From Piromyces finnis finn (Eukaryota; Fungi; Neocallimastigomycota): DNA of 64,000 nt. Positions 25,198 to 33,894 of this stretch are shown here, piece after piece. The notes beneath the pieces are model-generated. The model did not search any database. It saw only the letters and a program-made list of their open reading frames with translations, and was not told where the DNA came from. Positions within the stretch are counted from its first letter, which is position 1, and the number at the start of each line of letters is the position of its first letter. The DNA is taken from the NCBI GenBank assembly GCA_002104945.1, contig MCFH01000063.1, forward strand, positions 186,001 through 250,000, written 5' to 3'. A program made the translations under genes and the position numbers.

Positions 25198-28100
25198 TTA
25201 AAATTCTTTTGGAGTTGATCTATAAGGTTCCAACTCAGATACATGAAATATTGGATAGTGTTTGGGAAAAGGTGATTTTTTGATATCGATTTCATAATTG
25301 TTATTTCTCAAAACTTGAGTTATTTTATATGGACCATATTTACAAGGAGCTAATTTGGAACTATTTTCAATATTTAGAGAAGGTGGGGCTTGAATCCAAA
25401 CTAAATCATCAATTTTAAATTTTGGAGCTTCTAAACGACTTTTATCCACTCTTCTTTTATACAACTCTTTGGAGCGTAGTAACACTTCTTTTATGTGGTT
25501 GAATGCATCATTAACGTTTTGAACTAGTTTATGATTAATATTACATTGTGGTAATAGGGTCATTTCATCCATCGGAGGGTGGAAACCATAATTAATGAAG
25601 AATGGTGTTTCTTTGGTTGATTCATTAACAGCGTTGTTATAGGCGAATTCTGCAAGTGGAAGCCAATCAACCCAGTCGTCATGATAGAAAGACTTGGAAT
25701 AACATCTAAGATACTGTTCAATAAAAGAATTTGACCTCTCGACCTGTCCAACAGTTTCATGGTGGTCAGTAGTAGCTATTCTTGGATGAATATATAATAA
25801 ATCCAAAAATTCGAGCCAAACATCACTTGTAAATTGTGAGCCTCTATCAGTATATAGGTCATAAGGGAGACCATGTAAACGATATACATTGTTCAAAAAA
25901 GCTTTTGCAGTTTGTGCTGCGTTTGGAACTTGTTTAAACGGCACTAAGTGAATCATTTTAGAAAAGCGGTCAACCACTACCATAATTACGGTGTACCCTT
26001 TAGACTCAGGAAGGCCACAAAGAAAGTCAATTTCTATAGATTTCCATGGACGTTCTGGAGTATCTAAAGGTTGTAATTTTCCATATTTCCGATGTCTAGT
26101 TACTTTATTTCTTGTGCATGTCTCACAAGAATTAACAAATTTAGTGACATCATCCTTAATTTTAGGCCACCAAAAATTTCGAGTTATCAATTCTAAAGTC
26201 CTTTTTATACCAAGATGTCCAGCAGAGGGTTGTTCATGATATTTCATAAGAACATCTAAACGTAGTTTCTCAGGGATATAAACTAAGTTATTATATAAAA
26301 TAAGATTATTTTTTAATTCAAACTTGTTCATTTTCCTAAATGGTCTATAAGCCTTTTGGTCATTATGTGGGCTGAAATATAGCATAATATCCTTAGCAGT
26401 TTCGTCGTCCTTTAAGTATTGAATAACTTGTTCCAAGAAGTTACTCATAATACCAATGAAACTTGGTATTAGTTTTACATTTTTTGAGTCTAAAATATAT
26501 TCTGGCTTTTCTTCATAAGTCCTATCCATGTAGTCAGGTCTGCGAGATAGACAATCAGGTTTACCATTCTTACGACCTTGTCTGTATATAAGTTCAAAGT
26601 CGTATTCATGAAAGAAAAGGTGCCAACGATGTTGTCTTTGATTACCTACCTTTCCTCCAAGAGTATAAAGTAAATTTCTATGATCAGTGTAAACTTTTAT
26701 TTTATATTTAGCACCAAGAAGAAGGTGCCTCCAAGTAGAGAAAGAATCCTTAATGGCTAATAGTTCTTTATCTGTTATAGAATAATTAACTTCAGAACTA
26801 CTTAGACTTCTGGAGTAGTAAGCAACAGGATGTAGACGATTTTCTGAATCATATTGAGAAAGTATAGAACCGATAGCAACATTACTTGCATCACATTCTA
26901 AAATATATTGTTTTTGAGGATCAGGATGTGATAAAATAGGTGCTGAAGTTAAACGCGTTTTTAAAATGTTAAATGAGGATTCACATTCTGTGGACCATTT
27001 GAACTTTGCATTCTTTTTTGTTAGGTTGTGGAGGGGTTTAGCCAAGTCTGCAAAATTCATTACAAAGCGTCTATAGTAGTTACAAAGACCTAAAAATCTT
27101 TGTACATCCTTAACTGTAGTAGGAATAGGCCAATTTTTGATTGACTCTATCTTTTTTGGGTCGGTAGCAATTCCTGAACCTGAAATAACATATCCTAAGA
27201 ATTCAACTTGTGGTTTGTCAAATTCACATTTAGGAAGTTTAGCATATAAATTATTTTCTAATAGTTTAGAAAGAACTTCACGTACATGTTGGTGGTGTTC
27301 TTCTAAGGTTTTTGAAAATATAAGAATATCATCCAAATAGAGAATAACAGATTTTTCCAAGAAAGGTCTGAGAACAGAATTTATAAATGCCTGAAAAGTA
27401 GCAGGAGCGTTACGTAAACCAAATGGCATCACTAAATATTCATAGTGACCAAACTTTGTGCGAAAAGCAGTTTTATATTCATCACCATTTCTTATTCTAA
27501 CTAAATTATAAGCAGAGCGTAAGTCGAGCTTGGTGAAATACTTTGCACCTTTGACACGTTCTATAATGTCGGTAATAAGTGGTATTGGGTAGGAGTTACG
27601 TATCGTTACAGAATTGAGTTTTTTATAATCAATACAAACTCTAAGAGTACCATCTTTCTTTTTCTGAAATACCACTGGATATCCTGCAGGTGATTCGGAT
27701 GGTCTAATAAAGCCTTTTTCTAAATTTTCCTTGATATACTCTTCTAAAACTTTTGATTCTTCTTCTGATAAGGGATAGATGGGACCATAGTGAAGAGTAG
27801 CATCTTTTTCTAGTACTATTTTACAATCTGTAATTCTATGTGGTGGTAGTTTATCAGCTTCTTGTTTGCTGAAAACTTTTGCCAAATCTCGATAGGGTTT
27901 TGGAATATCCTCAATAGTATGTTCTTCTAAATTGCTTACTTCTTCTGGTTTTTCGGACAAAAAAGTATGAATTAAATAATTATAATTATATCTATCATAA
28001 TTATTTTTATTTAATATAACTTTTCTAAAAAATTTGGAACGTTTAGGGTTAAATTTGTGAAATCGACCATTTTTCTTCTTACTAAAGGTTTTAGATCTGA

Positions 28101-28797
28101 AATAAAAATTATGAATTTTATTTTTTAAATTATAAAAATTGGTGGAATAATTTTTATTTTTATTTTTTGTGTTATTTACACCTGTAGAAGTGGTAGGTGT
28201 AACATTTATGTCATTTCTATTATAAGAAATGAATTGTTCTAATTTTAAAAATTTAGTAGCATGCTTCATATTGAATTTCTTTCTGTTAAAATCATATTTT
28301 AAATTTGAATATAAATAATTTTTATTATAATTATAATGAATTTCATATTTGGACATGAATATATTTCCAAATAATAAATCTGTCGGAATATAATCCGCTA
28401 GTAAAAATTTTTCTTTGAAATTGATGAAATGGAATTTATTGTTGATAAATAGTTTTAACTGAAAGTTTAGGTTGATATATTCATCAAGTTCAATTGAAGT
28501 ACCACTGATACCTTGTACAGTGATAACATTATTAATTTTATGAGGATGTAATTGTAATGTACGTAATAGTTTGTACGACATAAAATTACAATAAGATCCA
28601 CTATCTAATAGTGATGTACATGCAATTTTATTATGTACATTATTTGTACCTCCATTATTGGATAATACATATGTATTAAAAGTAAAAAACGTTGAAGGTA
28701 ATGTATTATCTTTGTTGATAGTGGGAAAAGTGTAGTTTAATATTTTTGTATTCGAGTGGTGATGGGACTTCAATGGAAGTCCTTTATTTAGTTTTTT
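25198..28797 (-). CDS. pol: pol polyprotein (protease, reverse transcriptase, RNase H, integrase)
   Basis: LLDSGS protease; YLDDILIFS RT; LECDAS RNase H; H..SAGH...CETC zinc motif; DDE core (SIEIDF, YTDRG, GQVER); GPY motif. Domain order is Ty3/gypsy. ORF lies in the -1 frame relative to gag. Confidence 0.97.
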   Translation of the reverse strand, partial: KKLNKGLPLKSHHHSNTKILNYTFPTINKDNTLPSTFFTFNTYVLSNNGGTNNVHNKIACTSLLDSGSYCNFMSYKLLRTLQLHPHKINNVITVQGISGTSIELDEYINLNFQLKLFINNKFHFINFKEKFLLADYIPTDLLFGNIFMSKYEIHYNYNKNYLYSNLKYDFNRKKFNMKHATKFLKLEQFISYNRNDINVTPTTSTGVNNTKNKNKNYSTNFYNLKNKIHNFYFRSKTFSKKKNGRFHKFNPKRSKFFRKVILNKNNYDRYNYNYLIHTFLSEKPEEVSNLEEHTIEDIPKPYRDLAKVFSKQEADKLPPHRITDCKIVLEKDATLHYGPIYPLSEEESKVLEEYIKENLEKGFIRPSESPAGYPVVFQKKKDGTLRVCIDYKKLNSVTIRNSYPIPLITDIIERVKGAKYFTKLDLRSAYNLVRIRNGDEYKTAFRTKFGHYEYLVMPFGLRNAPATFQAFINSVLRPFLEKSVILYLDDILIFSKTLEEHHQHVREVLSKLLENNLYAKLPKCEFDKPQVEFLGYVISGSGIATDPKKIESIKNWPIPTTVKDVQRFLGLCNYYRRFVMNFADLAKPLHNLTKKNAKFKWSTECESSFNILKTRLTSAPILSHPDPQKQYILECDASNVAIGSILSQYDSENRLHPVAYYSRSLSSSEVNYSITDKELLAIKDSFSTWRHLLLGAKYKIKVYTDHRNLLYTLGGKVGNQRQHRWHLFFHEYDFELIYRQGRKNGKPDCLSRRPDYMDRTYEEKPEYILDSKNVKLIPSFIGIMSNFLEQVIQYLKDDETAKDIMLYFSPHNDQKAYRPFRKMNKFELKNNLILYNNLVYIPEKLRLDVLMKYHEQPSAGHLGIKRTLELITRNFWWPKIKDDVTKFVNSCETCTRNKVTRHRKYGKLQPLDTPERPWKSIEIDFLCGLPESKGYTVIMVVVDRFSKMIHLVPFKQVPNAAQTAKAFLNNVYRLHGLPYDLYTDRGSQFTSDVWLEFLDLLYIHPRIATTDHHETVGQVERSNSFIEQYLRCYSKSFYHDDWVDWLPLAEFAYNNAVNESTKETPFFINYGFHPPMDEMTLLPQCNINHKLVQNVNDAFNHIKEVLLRSKELYKRRVDKSRLEAPKFKIDDLVWIQAPPSLNIENSSKLAPCKYGPYKITQVLRNNNYEIDIKKSPFPKHYPIFHVSELEPYRSTPKEF
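28765..28797 (-). promoter_or_regulatory. -1 programmed ribosomal frameshift signal (slippery A AAA AAC plus hairpin)
   Basis: - strand: TCA AAA AAC TAA ATAAA GGACTTC-CATT-GAAGTCC, i.e. a heptamer at the gag stop, 8-nt spacer and a perfect 7-bp stem. Confidence 0.8.
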
Positions 28798-29813
28798 GAA
28801 CTAATTTTTTGAGCTTTATAATTGTTGTTATTGTAATTATTATTATATTTTTGGAAGTTATTGTTGTTATTGTTGTTGTTGTTGTTGTATGATCTGTGGT
28901 GGTTGAAATGTGAATTTCTTTTCTTGTTAGATTTAGAGTTGGAAGACTGGTTAATCTTATTCTTTGTAGAAAGAGAACTTTCGATCAAAATACATCTAGT
29001 TATAATGGACTCCATGGTGGTTGGAAATACCTCCATCTTTTCAATTTCTTCCTGATATTTGGGATGTAAACCATTATAAAAGATTAAAGATAATACTTCT
29101 TCATTCCATTTAAATTGTTGTGAAAGAGAGCGGAATTCCTCGATATAATCATTTATTTTACCATATTGTTGTTTTAAACGCATTATTTTGATTTTAGCTA
29201 TCTTGTAACTAGCAACATTTGAGAAAGCAATTCTTAGTCCATCCAACAATTCTTGCATGGTAGATGGATAAATATTATCCTTGTACTTGGCAAGATACCA
29301 ATTTCTAGCAGCATCACGAAGACGGGATTGTACAAAATTAATTTTTGTTTCTTCTGGTAAAGTTCGATTTGGTAGAGTTTTGAAAGTATCTTCACATAAT
29401 TGACAAAACAAATCGGTATCACTAGTCTTACCGGAGAACATACCTGGATCTGGCACTTGAGTGATTGGAGTAGCAAAACGGCCTCTCATGATAACATCAT
29501 GATCCAAATCAAATCTTGTTGAAGTAGATTCATCATCTCTAAAGACAGTAGGTCTTGGAGTAGCTATCCTATCATAATTGGTATGTAACAATGGTTGTTC
29601 ATCTTCATTCTGAGCAGTTTGATTATTATTCATATTGGTTAATACACTCATGATTTCATTTAAACGATTATTCACATCATTGGAAAAATTTTGAAAATCT
29701 TCACGGAAAACCAAATTTTCATTGATACCCTCAATGATATCCTTGGCAGTCTGAGTAGCATCCTCTCTTAGTTGGTTTACCTCGTCTGGGAAATTAGGAA
29801 CCGGAGTGAACAT
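28788..29813 (-). CDS. gag: Gag (retrotransposon capsid-like), 341 aa
   Basis: VPDPGMFSG, KINFVQSRLRDAARNWY, LKQ..GKINDYIEEFR, IFYNGL motifs typical of Ty3/gypsy Gag; sits between the 5-prime LTR and pol. Confidence 0.92.
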   Translation of the reverse strand: MFTPVPNFPDEVNQLREDATQTAKDIIEGINENLVFREDFQNFSNDVNNRLNEIMSVLTNMNNNQTAQNEDEQPLLHTNYDRIATPRPTVFRDDESTSTRFDLDHDVIMRGRFATPITQVPDPGMFSGKTSDTDLFCQLCEDTFKTLPNRTLPEETKINFVQSRLRDAARNWYLAKYKDNIYPSTMQELLDGLRIAFSNVASYKIAKIKIMRLKQQYGKINDYIEEFRSLSQQFKWNEEVLSLIFYNGLHPKYQEEIEKMEVFPTTMESIITRCILIESSLSTKNKINQSSNSKSNKKRNSHFNHHRSYNNNNNNNNNNFQKYNNNYNNNNYKAQKISSKN

Positions 29814-29837
29814 TCTAAAGTAGCCACTAAACAGCGG

Positions 29838-29848
29838 GTAAAGATTAT
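29838..29848 (-). promoter_or_regulatory. Primer-binding site of self-priming (Tf1) type
   Basis: - strand ATAATCTTTAC immediately follows the LTR with no TGG tRNA-type start; its exact complement GTAAAGATTAT lies in the LTR at 30084-30074. Confidence 0.75.
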
Positions 29849-31044
29849 TGTTAAGTTTTTGGGTTTGGTTATGCGGCCAGGTCAGAATGTTATTAATTAT
29901 ATAGTAAAAATGTTTTTTAAGAAATTAAATTTAATTATAAAATAACACCTTAAACTCCCAAATGAAAAATGAAAAATTTATATTTACTTTAAAATAACTT
30001 TTTATAAATTTTTTATTTATTTAATAATAATATAAATGATATTATAAGTAACTATATAATTAAGATTATAACTATAATCTTTACAAAGAATTAAAATCGA
30101 ATTCAATTCATTCTCTTTTATATTCTTCGTTCAGATTATTAAATTGATATTAATAAGAATAAAGTATTACATGTAATATATTAGTAATATAATTAAATAA
30201 GTAATAAGATTGTTTGTTTGTTTGTTTGTTTGTCATGACATAAAATAAAATAAACATATGATTAATCATTTAAACAGTTGATCCTAATTAGTAATTATAA
30301 AAACTATTCAATTAATAATTCATCATTATTAATTGATATTACCATAACATATTTGTTATAATTAAATAATTATTATTTTCAAAATTATTTCTAATAAAAC
30401 TTGCCGTTAACCTATTTTATAATAATTAAGATTATTTAATTTATAGGTATTAACTGTTACACCTAAATGGGTCTAGTTCTATTTTTAGTAACAATCGTTA
30501 TCATTAATTAAATTAATATAACTAAAATTCCTATTGATATATTTTTAATTTCATCAAGTCATAAGAAATATTTATGATCCATACTTGATATCATATTGAT
30601 TTTAATTTACCTAATAAAATCTTTAAATGATCATAACTTCCTTAAATGATCAGTTAGAAGGACCGCGATTGTACCAAATTGTAGCTTTCTTCCTAAGCTT
30701 TCCAATAAACCTAGTTTCATCACCGTAGCACTTACAGCCGTAGCGATCGTTTTTGGCGAGTTACACCTTATTTCGTACTTGCTTATTTTTGGTTAAGGGT
30801 TATAGTATATTGATATTAAATTTTTGAAATCATAACCCTTTCACTGAATCAAAATTTAAAAGGTGACTTTTAAAAGTGTTTTAAAATAATTATTGAAATT
30901 ATTTAATTATAATTATTATGTTTAATTAATTATAGATATTATCTGAATTTGTTTTAAATCCAGTTAATATCTTCACAGGTTAAATTGGAATTCCTATGCT
31001 CTTACATTTTTCTGAATCAGTCGTACCAAAAAAACAATAGCGAG

Positions 31045-31115
31045 GCGTTAATAGTATAGAGGTAGAATATTTGCCTTCCAAGCAAATGGCCCGGGTTCGA
31101 TTCCCGGTTAACGCA
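31045..31115 (+). tRNA. tRNA-Gly (anticodon TCC), intronless
   Basis: GCGTTAA acceptor stem pairs with TTAACGC; anticodon arm TTTGC-CTTCCAA-GCAAA; T-loop GGTTCGATTCC; T-run terminator just downstream. Confidence 0.97.
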
Positions 31116-31636
31116 TGTATTTTTATTATTAAAGAAACCGATAGTTTTGCACTTGTACCCATTTACCACTTAAAACAATTCAAAAAAAAAAAAAAAAAAA
31201 AAAAGAAAACAAACATATAAAAAATATTATTTTTATATAAATATATATTTTTTTAAAGAAAATACTTTTTATTATTTTAATTTTTATATTTCATATTTTA
31301 AAAAATTTACATTTTAAAAAATGGAGAAAAAAAAAAAGTTATATATATATTTATTACTAATAATAATAACACATTTTAAACTACTAAATATATATATATA
31401 TATATACTTTTTAATAAAAAATGATTTGTATATATGAAAGGAATATTATAACATTCAATTTTATATATTTATAAAGAGTTAAAGTGTTGATATAAAAAAT
31501 AATTTTATATACTATTAATTAATTCATTTGTTATTATTATTATTATTATTCTTTTTTGGTTTGATTATTAATATTTAATAATATTGTTATCCTTATTGTT
31601 ATTGTTTATTTTAAGGATTATTTATTTTGTGTTAAT

Positions 31637-33894
31637 TTAGTGGTTGTAGATGGCCCATACTTCATTCTTGTCATTTAAAATTTCTAAATAACCAAAGTAG
31701 TTACCATAACAACTTGACATACCAAGATCAATTAAAATTAATTTATCATCACATCTTGTTTGAATTTCACCATATTCTTGAACATTATGACCAATAACCA
31801 TTCTTTTAGTCTATTTTTTTTTTTTAAATAAAATTATAATAAAAAATGATTAATAAGACAATGGTATTTTATTATTTTAAAACAATATTTTAAAAACAAA
31901 ACTATTTTAACTAATTATTATTTATTTAATGTCTACCTTTGTAATAGCTAAAGTTTTTTCTAAATCAGAACATATTTTGTCTTCACTATCATTAGCAAAG
32001 CTTCTTGTAGTTAATGGACCATTTTGATCATTCAAAACAGGTTCAGTGTAAATAGGATTGGTAATATTGTTTTTACTTAAGGTACACATTTCATCAAATG
32101 AAGGAACATTGATTAAAATATCACGTATACGTTCATTAATGGCATCAATACCTTGTTCAGCGTAGGTTGAACTTACACTAATTAAAAATGGAAAAAAAAA
32201 TTTTTTTTTTTTTTGACAAAATAAATTAATATATATTGTTTAAAAAATAGGAGTTATTTTTTTAATTTATTTTCAATGACATGATATGTAATTAATATTT
32301 ACAAATAATTACAATAACAATAATAATAAATAAAATAATTACCCAGCATGTGCAAAAAGTGAGTCATTCACAGCAACCATTACATCCATTTCACCTCTAA
32401 GCATTCTACCGTATTTACCATTTACAGAAAAGAACTTTTCACGATTTTTCATACTATTAAATGTAGTAATATCACCTTCAGAAGTAAATTGGTATTGACC
32501 TTGTAAATTATTGATTTCATGGTTACCCAATAATAAATACATAACACTATCATACTTTGATACCTGACTTTGTAAGTGTCTTAAAAATTCCAAGATTTCT
32601 TTAATATCATTACCACGATCAATTAAATCACCCTAAATAAATATAGGTAAATAAGTATATATATATATTTTTATTGTTTGTTAGTTCATTCATTTTACTT
32701 TTATAAAAAAAAAAAAAAACAATATTTTAAATATTTATATTTATGCTTATGTATTACAGTTTGAACGAGAATAGTATTTTTAGCAATCCATTTATCTTTA
32801 CTATCAATAAGTTTAGCATGACGCATGACTGAAATAAGTTTGTTATAATCTCCATGAATATCACCAATAGCAACTAAACGTTTGTACTTGTAGTTGGAAG
32901 TTTCTGATGGATCACCTTTTTTAATTAATTTATTTTTCCAATTTATTATAGAGCTAAGTTTATTTGCTCTTTTATTTTCACAAGTTTCATCATTAGATCT
33001 GGCATCTTCAAGTACAGCAGTGTTATTTTTATTACGTTGAACGGTATCACAAATATCCATTGAAGAAGAAGAGGGTGGTGGAGGATTTCCTCCATTTCCA
33101 CCTGGTGGTGGATTACCACCTTGACCACCTGGTGGTGGAGGTGGAGTACTAGTAGACGAATTATATGGACTTTTTAATTTATTTAAAGCTTGTAATCCCT
33201 TTACAATTTCTTTAATGATATTATTTCTAAAGTCGTAATTAGATGATTTTAAGAAATCGGAGTCACTGTTAAAGTTGTTAATAAGAAGGATAAAATCATC
33301 TTTACTAAATTTATTGTCTGAATCAAAACTCTTTATTAAATTTTCAGAATTTGGGTATGGTGATTTAACGATACTTCTACTGTCCAAGAGAACAAAATTA
33401 TTATTAACAGTAGTTGCAAAAGTTTCCTTTTTAGTGTTACTTCTGTATTTGGAAATATCATCAACAACGACATCGAATTGAACAGAAGGAGATATATCTA
33501 AATTATTAATAATATGATATCATTAATGATATATTTTATAGAGCATAATGATATAATAGATGATACAATTATTATAAGATGTCATAGGATATCATAGGAT
33601 ATCATAGGATAGTGTTAATATATAAATAGATAGTATATAAAGTATTATATATATTTGTCTATTATATCTATATTGTTTTTTTTTTTTACCTAAAATGGTT
33701 GATAAAGAAAGAACAGCATCAGTTAATTCTTCTTCAATTAAACTACATAAAGAAGTTTCCTTTTTAGAACAATGGAAATTATAATTGAAACTATCATAAT
33801 AAGTGGTTGAACTTGAACTTGGGTTTTTTATTGATTTTGAGTTGGCATAGCCCAAGGCTAAAGTTGATAATAATAAAATTTTTGGAAATTTCAT
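31637..33894 (-). CDS. Secreted Shewanella-like metallophosphoesterase, paralog of the 9668-12135 gene; multi-exon
   Basis: Signal peptide MKFPKILLLSTLALGYANS; VAIGDIHGD, GDLIDRG, LLGNHE, FAHAG, VIGHN, IDLGMS; same exon layout; contains a Pro/Gly-rich insert; stop at 31637-31639. Confidence 0.85.

Larger units (their letters stand above)
23441..30977 (-). mobile_element. Full-length Ty3/gypsy LTR retrotransposon (chromovirus-like), family B, 7.5 kb
   Basis: LTRs 23441-24573 (3-prime) and 29849-30977 (5-prime), TG...CA ends, differing by about 2 substitutions and one GTTT unit. TSD GGTTA at 23436-23440 and 30978-30982. PPT AGGGAGGG at ~24577-24584 (- strand). gag and PR-RT-RH-IN ORFs. Confidence 0.98.

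Noticed and set aside
25560-27340. Short alternative-frame and antisense ORFs inside pol
   Set aside because: Incidental frames within a long coding region.
30980-31162. 60-aa ORF on the - strand
   Set aside because: Antisense of the tRNA-Gly gene and its flanks.
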